A stretch of DNA of 63,312 bases, filler included, from Octopus bimaculoides (Eukaryota): assembly GCF_001194135.2 (NCBI RefSeq). It is 4 parts of 4 records of this genome, joined end to end, with 100 filler letters (N's around TTAATTAATTAA, not from the genome) between each part and the next. Parts side by side here need not be neighbours in the genome. Positions count along the whole stretch, not along the records: positions 19,541 to 35,329 come from NC_068985.1; positions 35,430 to 61,253 come from NC_068987.1; 2 more parts are not named here. One strand, 5' to 3'. Position 1 is the first letter of the stretch; each line of letters opens with the position of its first letter. Below the pieces are notes generated by a model, which was given only the letters and a program-made list of their open reading frames with translations, was not told the origin of the DNA and did no database searches. Positions 25,698 to 39,033 of the stretch are shown here, in pieces. The position numbers and the translations under genes are program-made.

Positions 25698-25927
25698 TAC
25701 ATATAGATACATATACATATGTATTTGTGCCTGTGTTTGTCCCCCAACCATCGCTTGACAACCGATGTTGGCGTGCTTACGTGCTCGCAACTTAGCGGTT
25801 CGGCAAAAGAGAAACCCATAGAATAAGTACTCGGCTTACAAAGAATAAGTCCTGAGGTCGATTTGTTCGATTAAAGGCCGTGCTCCAGCATGACCGTAGT
25901 CAAATGACTGGAACGAGTAAAAGAATA
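25473..25927 (+). mobile_element. tRNA-derived SINE family A, full length, with internal (AC)n
   Basis: A-box-like TGGCTGTGTGG-type head and B-box-like GGTTCAATCCC; body ccttgggcaagtgtcttctact...gaaagaagcc; (AC)n at 25628-25692; tail ending gagtaaaagaata. Confidence 0.9.
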
Positions 25928-26549
25928 CCACGAACATCATCGTTTACAACTGCGGACTTCGGCGTTGCTGTCATGATTAACANNNNNNNNNNNNNNNNNN
26001 NNNNNNNNNNNNNNNNNNNNNNNNNNNNNNNNNNNNNNNNNNNNNNNNNNNNNNNNNNNNNNNNNNNNNNNNNNNNNNNNNNNNNNNNNNNNNNNNNNNN
26101 NNNNNNNNNNNNNNNNNNNNNNNNNNNNNNNNNNNNNNNNNNNNNNNNNNNNNNNNNNNNNNNNNNNNNNNNNNNNNNNNNNNNNNNNNNNNNNNNNNNN
26201 NNNNNNNNNNNNNNNNNNNNNNNNNNNNNNNNNNNNNNNNNNNNNNNNNNNNNNNNNNNNNNNNNNNNNNNNNNNNNNNNNNNNNNNNNNNNNNNNNNNN
26301 NNNNNNNNNNNNNNNNNNNNNNNNNNNNNNNNNNNNNNNNNNNNNNNNNNNNNNNNNNNNNNNNNNNNNNNNNNNNNNNNNNNNNNNNNNNNNNNNNNNN
26401 NNNNNNNNNNNNNNNNNNNNNNNNNNNNNNNNNNNNNNNNNNNNNNNNNNNNNNNNNNNNNNNNNNNNNNNNNNNNNNNNNNNNNNNNNNNNNNNNNNNN
26501 NNNNNNNNNNNNNNCCTTCCCCCTCCCCTTCTTCTTCCTCCTCCTCCAC

Positions 26550-26581
<32 letters not shown>

Positions 26582-26937
26582 CTTCTTCTTCTTCATCCTC
26601 CTCCTCCTCCTGCTCCTCCTCCACCCCCTCCTTCTTCTCGGCATTGTCGACGTCTACCTACTCCTCCTCATCCTGCTCCTCCTGCTCTAGTTCCTGTTTC
26701 TGCTCCTCCATCTCTTCGCAAATCGCATCACTATTGTATGCATGTATGTATACGTGAGTCAGCATGATCCTGTCTCTGTCTGCCTGTCTGTCTGTTTGTC
26801 TGTCTGCCTGTTTCTCTCTCTTTCTCCACCCCCCCCTCTCTGTATCTATCTATCTACCTATCTGATAGATAGATAGTTTATCTTTCTGTTTATGTCTGTC
26901 TGTGTGTATTTCTCTGTTTGTATCTGTCTAGTTTTGC

Positions 26938-26993
<56 letters not shown>

Positions 26994-27124
26994 ATGTCTA
27001 TCTGTCTATCTCATGCATTCATCTCATTAACTGTCACGCACGCATCCATCACCGCTCTCTAAGTATGACCACCACCAATCACTATCATCACTATCGATCC
27101 AGGTACTACCGCCATCATCACTAC

Positions 27125-27186
<62 letters not shown>

Positions 27187-27593
27187 AATCATCATCATCC
27201 GTAGTAGCAAGCCGTGGCGGCGGCAATCTTGCTTCTTCGCCTTCGACCACCTCATTCCTCTGCTCCCCCTTCTTGCACCCAACCCCGTCTGCATCCCTCT
27301 GCCGTCCGAAATCTTCCTGTTATCTTGTCAAGTGTCCGTTTTTGCAAGCGAGTATGTCTTGTGTCACGATTATAGAGATTATCATTAAAACACTCACACA
27401 CTCACACACACACACACCAAGTGATCTAGACACACACATATAGCCACCACCTCCACCTCTACATTCATCAAAAAAACGTATCAACAATAACAGCGACAAC
27501 TAAATCACTTAAAGAACAGCTGAAAACGCAATCGTCACAACGGCTACGTCTTCCATTTCTACACTTACCAATCCCATCAACACCAGTACCAGA

Positions 27594-27625
<32 letters not shown>

Positions 27626-28078
27626 GTCAATATGAGAGGCGATGAGAAAATAGCAAAGTAACAGGGCCTAGCCGTTGAATTACAGAGGTTGTGAAGAGTA
27701 CTTGTAAAATGTATCCCTGTAGTTATAGACGAATTAGGAACTCTCCCTAAAGATTTGAAGAGATAGGCATAAAATCTAGTTTAGAGCAGCTCCAGAAAAG
27801 GAATTTCAACCATGTTTCGTGGTCTGCTACCACAACAGCTCCTTTATAGGATCCAGTTAGCTCAAGACATCATCAGGAGGAACCACGTCCGGTTTCGGCC
27901 CCTACTCCTCTACCGTTTTGACGTGGTGCCCCCCTCCCCACCTTTCGGAGGTGTTATTAGGGACAGCTAGGGTGCTTAGGAAGGTTCTTGGTATCTAAGG
28001 TTACTTGTTGCTGCCTGGTTTTAGAAATTTCTTTTTTCCAATTGTTTAATTAGTTGTGCGTATATGAAATAATAATAA
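27626..28078 (+). mobile_element. R4/Dong-type (RLE endonuclease) non-LTR retrotransposon 3' fragment, split by a ~150-bp insert
   Basis: Decayed EKIAK.QGLAVELQRL....CIPVVI..LGTLPK...EQLQK / VLLGTARVLRKVLGI*. Begins right after an (ACT)n array and ends in (TAA)n, matching the microsatellite targeting known for Dong elements. Confidence 0.75.
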
Positions 28079-28393
28079 CAACCATTTTTATTATAGCCAC
28101 AAGGCCTGAAATTTTGGGGTGAGGGTTATTCGAATACATCAAGTGTATATGCAGAGCAACGTGAGATGATGTGTTTTGCTCAATAAATCAACCGACTACC
28201 TCGTTTAGGAATTGAAACCACGATCTCGCAGCTGTGAGTGTAACACCTTAACCATTAGGCCATGCGTCCTCTGATTATTGTTACAATTATTATTAACCAA
28301 AAAGGGTTTACATTCTGAAAACCTTTTTGGACGACATAGGACAAAATATTGTGTGTGTATGTGTGTGTGTGTGTGCGATAATAATAGCTGCTT

Positions 28394-28427
<34 letters not shown>

Positions 28428-28442
28428 TACTACTACTACTAC

Positions 28443-28481
<39 letters not shown>

Positions 28482-28589
28482 TAATAATATTGCAACGCAA
28501 CTATCATCAGCACTACTGCAACCACCACCACCACCACCAGTACTGCAACGACGACGACGACGACCACCACCACCACCACTACCACCACT

Positions 28590-28620
<31 letters not shown>

Positions 28621-28983
28621 CCAACACCAACACCACCACCAACAACAACAACTTGACTACTAACGCCGTGCTTTTCTAGCCAACACCACTTTCATTGATA
28701 CAGCCATTGAAATCCATCCTTACATACCACAACAGTCACCTTATCGATATCCTGTCTTGTGGATTAACAGACGATGTTCTGGTGGCACGAGTCATGAAAG
28801 CGGGTATTGGAGGAGGTGAGGTAGCGGGATTAGAGGGGGCCTGGATTTAGCGACGGAGGATGAGGAGGAGGAAGAAGAGAAAGAGGACGCGTTGAAGCAA
28901 TAAGGTTTACGTGCTTAAAACGCCACTGCTTTTGGTCTGATCCCTCCGAAAAACAATCTTCACTGCACTACCCGATCCATTAG

Positions 28984-29197
28984 CAGCGAGATGACAGAAT
29001 CGTTAGGACGCCGGACGAAATGCATAGTGGCATTTCATCCGTCTTTACATTCTGAGTTGAAATTCGCAGACGACGACACATGCCTTTCATCCTTTCGAAG
29101 TCGATGAAATGAGTACCAGTTATGCACTGGGGGTGGATGTAATCGACTACCTTTTCCCTCCAAAATTTCAGGCCTTGTGCCTATAGTAGAAAATATT
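28984..29197 (+). mobile_element. SINE family C. Further copies: 29975-30180 +, 30188-30400 +, 2444-2583 -, 5925-6085 -, 10373-10535 -, 14905-15015 -, 25310-25462 -
   Basis: Shared core gccttt(c/t)atcctttcggggtcgataaa(a/t)taagtacca, with a B-box-like gagttcaaattcc upstream. Confidence 0.85.
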
Positions 29198-30422
29198 GCT
29201 GTTGTTGTTGTCTTCTTCTTCTTCTTCTTCTTCTTCTTCTTCTTCTTCTTCTTCTTCTTCTTCTTCTTCTTCTTCTCTTTTTCTTCTTCTTCTTTTTCTT
29301 TTTCTTCTACTTCTTATTCTTATTTTTCTTCTTCTTCTTTTTCNNNNNNNNNNNNNNNNNNNNNNNNNNNNNNNNNNNNNNNNNNNNNNNNNNNNNNNNN
29401 NNNNNNNNNNNNNNNNNNNNNNNNNNNNNNNNNNNNNNNNNNNNNNNNNNNNNNNNNNNNNNNNNNNNNNNNNNNNNNNNNNNNNNNNNNNNNNNNNNNN
29501 NNNNNNNNNNNNNNNNNNNNNNNNNNNNNNNNNNNNNNNNNNNNNNNNNNNNNNNNNNNNNNNNNNNNNNNNNNNNNNNNNNNNNNNNNNNNNNNNNNNN
29601 NNNNNNNNNNNNNNNNNNNNNNNNNNNNNNNNNNNNNNNNNNNNNNNNNNNNNNNNNNNNNNNNNNNNNNNNNNNNNNNNNNNNNNNNNNNNNNNNNNNN
29701 NNNNNNNNNNNNNNNNNNNNNNNNNNNNNNNNNNNNNNNNNNNNNNNNNNNNNNNNNNNNNNNNNNNNNNNNNNNNNNNNNNNNNNNNNNNNNNNNNNNN
29801 NNNNNNNNNNNNNNNNNNNNNNNNNNNNNNNNNNNNNNNNNNNNNNNNNNNNNNNNNNNNNNNNNNNNNNNNNNNNNNNNNNNNNNNTCTTCTTCTTCTT
29901 CTTCTTCTCTTTTTCTTCTTCTTCTTTTTCTTTTTCTTCTTTTTCTTCTTTTTCTTTTTTTTCAAAAAATCGTTATCGTGCCCGTGTCGGGCAAGATGCT
30001 TAGCGGCATTTCGTCCGTGTTTGTTCTTCCGAGTTCAAATTCCGCTAAGGTCGGTTTTGCCTTTTATCCTTTCGGGGTCGATAAATTAAGTACCATTTAC
30101 GCACCGGGGTTGATGGAATCGACTAGTCCCCTCTCCACAAATTTCTGGCCTTGTGCCTATAAGTATAAAGGATTATCATTTTTATTAAAGGCAGCAAGCT
30201 GACAGAATCCTCAGCACGCCGGGCAAAATGCTTAGCGGCCTTTCGCCCATCTTAATGTTCTGAGTTAAAATTCTACCGGGATCGACTTTGCTTTTCATCC
30301 GTTCGGGATCGATAAATGAAGTTGAGCACTGTGGTCGATGTATTTGATTTCCCCAGCTCTCAAAATTGCGATCCTTTTCCCCAAATTAACAAAAGATTAT
30401 TACACGCATTAGTATCATCATT

Positions 30423-30801
30423 GGAGGCGCAATGACCCAGTGGTTAGGGCAGCGGACTCGCGGTCATAGGATCGTGGTTTCGATTCCCAGACCAGGCATT
30501 GTGAGTGTTTATTGAGCGAAAACACCGAAAGATCCACGAGGCCCCGGCAGGGGATGGTGGCGAACCCTGCTGTACTCTTTCACCACAACTTTCTCTCTCT
30601 CTTACTTCCTGCTTCTGTTGTGCCTGTAATTCAAAGGGTCAGCCTTGTCACACTGTGTCACGCTGAATATCCCCGAGAACTACGTTAAGGGTACACGTGT
30701 CTGTGAAGTGCTCAGCCACTTGCACGTTAATTTCACGAGCAGGCTGTTCCGTTGATCGGATCAACTGGAACCCTCGTCGTCGTAAGCGACGGAGTGCCAG
30801 C
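30423..30801 (+). mobile_element. tRNA-derived SINE family B, full length (tRNA-Arg-like head; possibly the octopus OR type)
   Basis: A box TGACCCAGTGG, B box GGTTTCGATTCCC. Perfect 12-bp TSD agtatcatcatt (30411-30422 and 30802-30813). The family name is recalled, not verified. Confidence 0.9.
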
Positions 30802-31065
30802 AGTATCATCATTACTTGGGTGTTTTTCAGCGACTCGTGCCTTTGAAGATATGGCTCAGTCAAGAAGGTGATCCCTTAAACGATTGCTTGAGGGAGGTCA
30901 TAGGTTAGTATTGATTCCTCTTACCAACAGGAGCTTATGAGTGTTAAAATCGTTGAGGGGGAAGAGATTGCTTTCGAACAAAATTTGTTATTGTCCTTGT
31001 CTTACGATTTGTAAGTTATATGATTCAGGGTAGTTTCACACTAGGCGATAAGAGGCACTAGTCTC

Positions 31066-31116
<51 letters not shown>

Positions 31117-31148
31117 GGTGGTGGTGGTGGTAATGGTGGTGGTGGTGA

Positions 31149-31218
<70 letters not shown>

Positions 31219-31337
31219 CCTCTTTGAGCATGATCCTATAAATCGAAAAAAAAAAAAATTTTTTTTAAAGAGAGAGAGAGAGCACTTCGCTCTCATGTGT
31301 CTATTCCCTGCTGAGGTTACCATGGTCTTTTCCGTAG

Positions 31338-31420
31338 GCTTTTCTCTCCATGGATAAACCCAATGTTACCCCATTTTACACAATTGACATTTTCTGTGAT
31401 ATACGATACCCCTATTATTT
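31338..31420 (-). repeat. Unclassified interspersed repeat shared with 58553-58618 (+)
   Basis: Reverse complement aatagggg.tatcgtatatcacag...gggtttatccatggagagaaagccta versus aatagggatcgtgtatcacag...ggtttatccgtggagagaaaagccta. Confidence 0.65.
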
Positions 31421-31578
31421 TTTTTTGCCCCTACCGATCCCTTTTGATCGGATTTTTTCTTTTGTTTTAAAGAAAAGCTCTACAGTTGTATTTGTCCCCT
31501 TTGTGTGCAGCCCTGTGTGGCAAATAAAAGAAAGTTTTCTATCTATCTATCTATCGATCTATTGACCTAGCTATCTAT

Positions 31579-31678
<100 letters not shown>

Positions 31679-33324
31679 TTATCTGTCCAGTATCTATCTA
31701 TCTATCTACCTGTCTTTCTGCCTGTCTTTCTGCCAGCCTACCTGCCTGTCTATTTATTTGCCCGTCTGTTTATTATCTATTTCTGTCTGTCTCTGTCTGC
31801 CTATCTATCTATCGACCGATTGATCGATCAATCACATTGAACAGTCCACACCCAGGTCAACACCCAAAACGTTGCAATCACTACTGTTAGCTAACAGGCA
31901 TACTTCTATGCCTTCGCACGATTTGCAAGAAATAATTACTAAATTTTCCCCAGATTACACACATTATTAATAAAAAACAAAACAAAACAATAAAAACGAA
32001 AACAGGAAGTATGCTTAAGATAATGTTTTATAGACATTCGCCTGGAGAGAGATGGTGGTCATAATTGGAATGCTTTTGGTCATCGGTCTGATGAAAGTTT
32101 TAACTTGCGGCAGCTGTAAAACAAAAAAGAGGAAAACATGGAGGTCAATTAACAACAACAACAACAACGAAATATGTAACAAAAACGAAACTACGGACGA
32201 CAGCAAGAACAAGAACAAGAGGAAAAACCACGACAACAATGGTAACATGAACAAGAGGGGAACAATAATAACAAACGACAAGCGACAACAGCAACAACAA
32301 CGAGAAGAACAAGTGACGAAAACAACAGCAAAGAGGAGAACAATGATAGCCATGACAACAAGAACGACGACGATAAAAACAAAAACAAAAAAAAGCGTAA
32401 AGATGGACGACAGCAACAACAACAGCAAGAAAGGCAGGACGGACTCTGACAACAAGGAATTCGATGTCTTGTATCCCAGTCCTTCGCGATCGAGCACCAC
32501 CACCGACACCGTCTTCTCCACCACCACCACCAGCACCAGCCCCGCCGACCCCTATCAACAACAACAGTAACAGCAGCACCATCACTACCAATATCTCCCC
32601 CCACTATCACCACCACGACGACCACCACCACCACTACCACCACGACGACCACCACCACCACTACCACCACCACCNNNNNNNNNNNNNNNNNNNNNNNNNN
32701 NNNNNNNNNNNNNNNNNNNNNNNNNNNNNNNNNNNNNNNNNNNNNNNNNNNNNNNNNNNNNNNNNNNNNNNNNNNNNNNNNNNNNNNNNNNNNNNNNNNN
32801 NNNNNNNNNNNNNNNNNNNNNNNNNNNNNNNNNNNNNNNNNNNNNNNNNNNNNNNNNNNNNNNNNNNNNNNNNNNNNNNNNNNNNNNNNNNNNNNNNNNN
32901 NNNNNNNNNNNNNNNNNNNNNNNNNNNNNNNNNNNNNNNNNNNNNNNNNNNNNNNNNNNNNNNNNNNNNNNNNNNNNNNNNNNNNNNNNNNNNNNNNNNN
33001 NNNNNNNNNNNNNNNNNNNNNNNNNNNNNNNNNNNNNNNNNNNNNNNCACCACCGCCGCCGCCGCCGCCGTCACCGCCGCCACCACCACCACCTGCATCA
33101 GCGCCGCCACCCACATCGTTATGATCATAACCGCCAATAACAACGAAGCGACTGTTATACCCAACGTCTGTCCCAGCTTTCCCTTCCGTACGGTTGGATA
33201 CTTCCTTGTTTGTTTGTCTTCTTGCACATTCTTTCACCTCTCACCATCACCACCGACACCTTCGCCAGCGTCACCACCGCCTCCCTTCTCTCTCTCTCTC
33301 TGTGTTTCTCACTCTGCTTCTCTC

Positions 33325-33357
<33 letters not shown>

Positions 33358-35134
33358 TACCTCTCGTCTGTGTCGCAACGACTTTTATATTCTTCGTGTC
33401 TGAGCGAATGCCAAACATTCTTAACATGCACACACACACACACACACATACACACAAACATATATACACGCACACACACAAACATATATACACACGTACA
33501 TACACACATACATACACACCACATAAAGATGCACACACACACACACACACACACACATGCCACACATAGATGTATGCACACACATACACACACACATTCA
33601 CAATTGCACATAAACAAACACATCCTCATGCGTACATACACTTGTATCAATATCACACAGGTGCACACGCACACACAGACACTACACACGCACACACACA
33701 CACACAAAGTGGCACGCATACGCACACACGCTCTCTCTATCACACACTCACACACTCACCCACGCACAGCTATACTCATACGCACACACATGCACACACA
33801 CACTCACGCGCGCGAGCACACACACTCACAAACACATACGTCTACTTAAGCCATACATGCTCAAGCAATTATCGATTCCTCTCACTCACCTCACTCCTTC
33901 ACTCACTCACTCACTCATTCATTCAGTCATTCAGTCAGTCCCTCCCTCACTCGTTCATACACGCCACCCTCATTGATGCTCCCCGTCACTGTCTTTCACT
34001 TTTTTTTTTCCAGTAAAGGAAAAAATATCCCTTTGCTTAATTTACTTGTGCCCGGCTGGTCTGTAATTATCTCCCTTGGGCTCTCTGATTATCTCCCTTC
34101 ACTTAATTTTCCCTCCCTCTGCTAAATCTGGGCTACCNNNNNNNNNNNNNNNNNNNNNNNNNNNNNNNNNNNNNNNNNNNNNNNNNNNNNNNNNNNNNNN
34201 NNNNNNNNNNNNNNNNNNNNNNNNNNNNNNNNNNNNNNNNNNNNNNNNNNNNNNNNNNNNNNNNNNNNNNNNNNNNNNNNNNNNNNNNNNNNNNNNNNNN
34301 NNNNNNNNNNNNNNNNNNNNNNNNNNNNNNNNNNNNNNNNNNNNNNNNNNNNNNNNNNNNNNNNNNNNNNNNNNNNNNNNNNNNNNNNNNNNNNNNNNNN
34401 NNNNNNNNNNNNNNNNNNNNNNNNNNNNNNNNNNNNNNNNNNNNNNNNNNNNNNNNNNNNNNNNNNNNNNNNNNNNNNNNNNNNNNNNNNNNNNNNNNNN
34501 NNNNNNNNNNNNNNNNNNNNNNNNNNNNNNNNNNNNNNNNNNNNNNNNNNNNNNNNNNNNNNNNNNNNNNNNNNNNNNNNNNNNNNNNNNNNNNNNNNNN
34601 NCACCACCACTACCACCATCAGCACCAGCACGAGTACCACAACCACCACCACTATCACCATTACCAATACCACCACCACCACCACCATCACCACCTCAAC
34701 CACCACCACCACCACCGCCATCACCACCACCACCACCATCACCAACCATAACAACAGCAGCAGCAACAACAACAAGAACAACAACAACAACAACCATGAC
34801 TATCTCTTCTTACCAATGCCGCCATCATTATCACCAGCAATACCATTAGAATACGAAACAAAGATGGTGCCTCACAAAGGTCCCTTATTAGCTGGAAATA
34901 ATAGCCAAATCCCTCTCATATTGGATAACATACCCCATATTGGATAACGTTGTCATGATTACCCTCTACATATGGAAGAAACAAAAAACATTTGAAAAGA
35001 AAAGCAGAAGAAAGGGTGGTCACCTTTGGAATGACAATGATCACAAAACTGCTCAATCAGATCTCACTCTGGATTCACCATCGACAACTATCAGCGGTAC
35101 AAACACTACACATAGACTGCCAACACAACACTTC

Positions 35135-35183
<49 letters not shown>

Positions 35184-35329
35184 GATCCAGAAGTTTATTA
35201 ATGTCCGAGTGAGTCCACGTTGGATCGGCTACAGATGACCGTAAAGTTCCCAAAAATCACCCCCGTCTGTCTTAAAACAAAAAAGTCACACTGGAAAATA
35301 TACAATAATAGTAATAATAATAATATCAT

Positions 35330-35429
35330 NNNNNNNNNNNNNNNNNNNNNNNNNNNNNNNNNNNNNNNNNNNNTTAATTAATTAANNNNNNNNNNNNNNN
35401 NNNNNNNNNNNNNNNNNNNNNNNNNNNNN
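35330..35429. other. Synthetic scaffold linker N44-TTAATTAATTAA-N44
   Basis: 12-mer at 35374-35385 flanked by 44 N on each side. Confidence 0.95.
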
Positions 35430-35430
35430 T

Positions 35431-35624
35431 TGTGGTGGTAGTGGTGGTGATGTTGTTGACGGTTCGGTACTGTTCGCAATTGGAGGAGTAATTCTGGTGT
35501 GTTTTTTTTTTATTGCGGTACTTAATGTGGTGGTGGTGGTGGTGATGTTGTTGACGGTTCGGTACTGTTCGCAATTGGAGGGGTAATTCTGGTGTGTGTG
35601 TTTTTTTTATTGCGGTACTTAATG
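35431..35624. repeat. Two ~95-bp tandem units at a contig end
   Basis: gacggttcggtactgttcgcaattggag at 35458 and 35553. Confidence 0.85.
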
Positions 35625-36014
35625 TGGTGGTGGTGGTGGTGGTGGTCCTGATGTTGTTTGAGGTAGAAGCGGCTGTGATAAGGCACGCTTTCGTTCCCAT
35701 GGAAACAATATGTTATATATTGATCACACAAAGAAATCGTACAGAAGCAGCCGTCCACGTTGCAGACGTCAATTTTTGTAAGAAACCTCGCCACAACCCC
35801 AATCACCCACCCTCCCACATACATACATACCACACACAAAACACAAGCAAAAAGGATATTTAAAAAAGAGAAAAACGTACGTTTGTAATTTGCACTATTG
35901 TCTTTCAGTACCTCAGTTTACAAATATACATGCACAATACACAGGTACACTCATACACGTACATACACTACATTGATATACACATATACACATAGACACA
36001 TAATCTAAGGAGGG

Positions 36015-36215
36015 AACCTACGTGTTTATACGACCTGCAAGAAATAGCATCCAAATGTCCCCCAAATCACACGTCACCAACGTGTTAAAGAAGAAACCGT
36101 TCTAGATATAAAGACCCTGAGTTTCCAGCAGGTAAAAATAAAGACGAGATGGTCACGCATGGAATGTCATATAGCATAGGTTTGCTCGATTAGGGCTAGC
36201 CTAGGGCTAAAAGGT
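36015..36215 (+). repeat. Interspersed repeat family G. Other copies: 34870-35052, 35190-35300, 44340-44470, 60165-60325, all +
   Basis: Shared gacct(g/a)c(a/t)agaaatag...aaat.t..c.caaatca...ggtcac....ggaatg; probably an old SINE. Confidence 0.7.
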
Positions 36216-36617
36216 AACTGCGAAAACTTTATAAGCGCACACAGAAAATATAATATACACGTATATACATATAGAGATTCACATACAGAAATATAACACA
36301 CACTTACACAATTTCATACACACTGGCACATACAGATAAATTATATAAGCACTCAGCTGTCAAACGCATAGATAGACATAGACACACGCGAACATGCACA
36401 CACGCAAAGACACACGTGCGCTGACCTATAATCAATCACAAACGCGCACACACAGAACCAAAAATATATAAAAGAAACAAAACAAATGTACACACATAAA
36501 ATAAGACGTAAATGCATACTTGCAAAAGCATAGACACACGTGCGCACACACCTTAACACATGGTTGCACACGCACAAAAGCAACCGCGCGCGTAAATGCA
36601 TACGCACAAACAATGCG

Positions 36618-36666
<49 letters not shown>

Positions 36667-37219
36667 CACATACACACACAAACATTTACACATGTGCACA
36701 CACCGACACATGCTACATCAACATCCTCCTCGCCGGCAAGGCGACGAAAATATGTTTCACTCCTTTTCATGTCTTTCACCGTTTATTCGGTACAACAGTT
36801 ACACAAAAAAGGAATGAGAATTAAACCGAATTATTGAATGAATGAATGAATGAATGAATAAATATATGAACAAACAAATAAACAAACAAATAAATAAATA
36901 AATAAATAAATAAATAAATATATCACAGGTTACACAGGTCAGATAAAAATCTTGATGATGGCGACACGATGAGAGAATTACAAGTATTTGTAAAGAGAAA
37001 GAAAGAAAGAGAGAAAGAAGGAAAGAGACAGACAGAGAGAGAGAGGGAGAGAGAGAGAGAGAGAGTAATAATGAGTGCACATGTGAGTTTGGAGTAGAAT
37101 CAGGGTGCAACGTGTGTATATGTTGTATATAAATGTCAGTGTATTTTCTATGCAAAATTTTTGCATTCCTGCGTTTAGGTGTAATACACAATACACACAC
37201 ACACGAATAACTGCCTCTG

Positions 37220-37255
<36 letters not shown>

Positions 37256-37954
37256 CTATTTATCTATTTATCTACCTGTCTGTTTGTCTCTCTGTCTGTC
37301 TACCTATCTGTCTGTATGTCTGTCTGTCTATCCGTCTGTCTGTTTGTTTGTCTATCTGCCTGTCTGTCTATCTAACTATCGATCTCATATATTCTTTTAC
37401 TTCTATTCTTTTACTTGTTTCCCGTCATTCGACTGCGGCCATGCTGGAGCACCGCCTTGAAGGAACCCTAGGACTAATTCCTTAACTCTAGTACTATTTC
37501 TATCGGGCTCTTTTGCCGAACCGCTATGTTATGGGGATGCAATCACATCAACACCGGTTGTTAAACGATGATAGAGGAGAGACAAATACAGACAGAAGGA
37601 CACTCAGATGCATACCTATTCATACATATACATATATCACACTATTCTGGGTGGTCTAGTCCCACTGCGTGGCATTTGGGTAAGTGTCTTCTGCTATAGC
37701 CACGGGCCGACCAAAGCCTTATGAGTGGATTTGGTAGACGGAAACTTAAAGAAGCCCGTCGTATAGGGCACTGAAAGTGTGTCAATAGCCACAAGCTACA
37801 GTAGCATCCACCTTTAGTGGTTAGCCACATTTAAGTGGCAAATATACTTCACGATGTATGTATGTATGTATGTATGTATGTATGTATGTATGTATGTATG
37901 TATGTATGTATGNNNNNNNNNNNNNNNNNNNNNNNNNNNNNNNNNNNNNNNNNN

Positions 37955-38002
<48 letters not shown>

Positions 38003-38599
38003 GCAATATCCAATGTGTGGCCTTTGTTTTGCAATAACATAATGATCAATGGAAATGGAACAAATGGCTCCTATTTCTTGCAGATAAAATGACTACATAA
38101 ATCTGTCTAGCTGGCTAATCGGAATCTCCCTTTGATAAAAGTATAACAGCGTCACAAATACAGCAATTGCTATTCTCGTATTTGTTGAAATACAACGATC
38201 TTTACACGAAACTAAATTAGAGGAACCAAAATTCTGGCTGTGGCTGGTATTTAAGAAAGCAAAATAGAAGTTCCAAGAATCCTAAGTGGTTGCTATCTAC
38301 GACGTAACGGATCAAAGAAATTCCGGGATTGCAGCGTGTTCTTTGCGAATAACGAGCGTATTATCCACGAGGAAATTATGTTAGAATTATGTGTACATAA
38401 AGTATTAATCCCATGAAACGACTCATAAATACATGAACACAATGACATATCAGCAACTGCCGTAGATCTTCCTGAATTGAGAAACGTATGATATTGTTAT
38501 AATGCAACATGTTGACAGGAAAACCTTCCTAAAAATCTTAACTACTTCAATGTTTATTTAAAATCAGTCTTCAGTTCTTTCTTTCTCCTTCTTCTTCTT

Positions 38600-38630
<31 letters not shown>

Positions 38631-38649
38631 TTATTATTATTATTATTGC

Positions 38650-38734
<85 letters not shown>

Positions 38735-38999
38735 TTTCTTCCTCCTCTTTTAAGCGCCTACGCGTGCTCACTGTCACGTCAGAATTAATTACCCAGGAAG
38801 AAAACATCACCTTGACTGTTTGTAACCGAAAGCCATTATTTCGTTTCCTCGTCGTGCCTCTTGGATACTTGCAACTGTCTTCCCTCTTTGTAAGGTGGAT
38901 TGGAACATCCTTCTTTTGTTTCGAAGCACGCAGAGAAAGTGTTTTTCTATTTTCAATGTTTTTCTTTTGCTTTTTTTTTTTTACTTCGCTCACTCTTTT

Positions 39000-39033
<34 letters not shown>

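Noticed and set aside
30423-30500. tRNA-like sequences with A and B boxes
   Set aside because: They are SINE heads: multiple diverged copies continue into SINE bodies with TSDs and have no proper acceptor stem.
32052-32591. Overlapping 148-173 aa ORFs on both strands
   Set aside because: Decayed (AAC/GAC/CAC)n sequence that is open in several frames; no splice or domain evidence.
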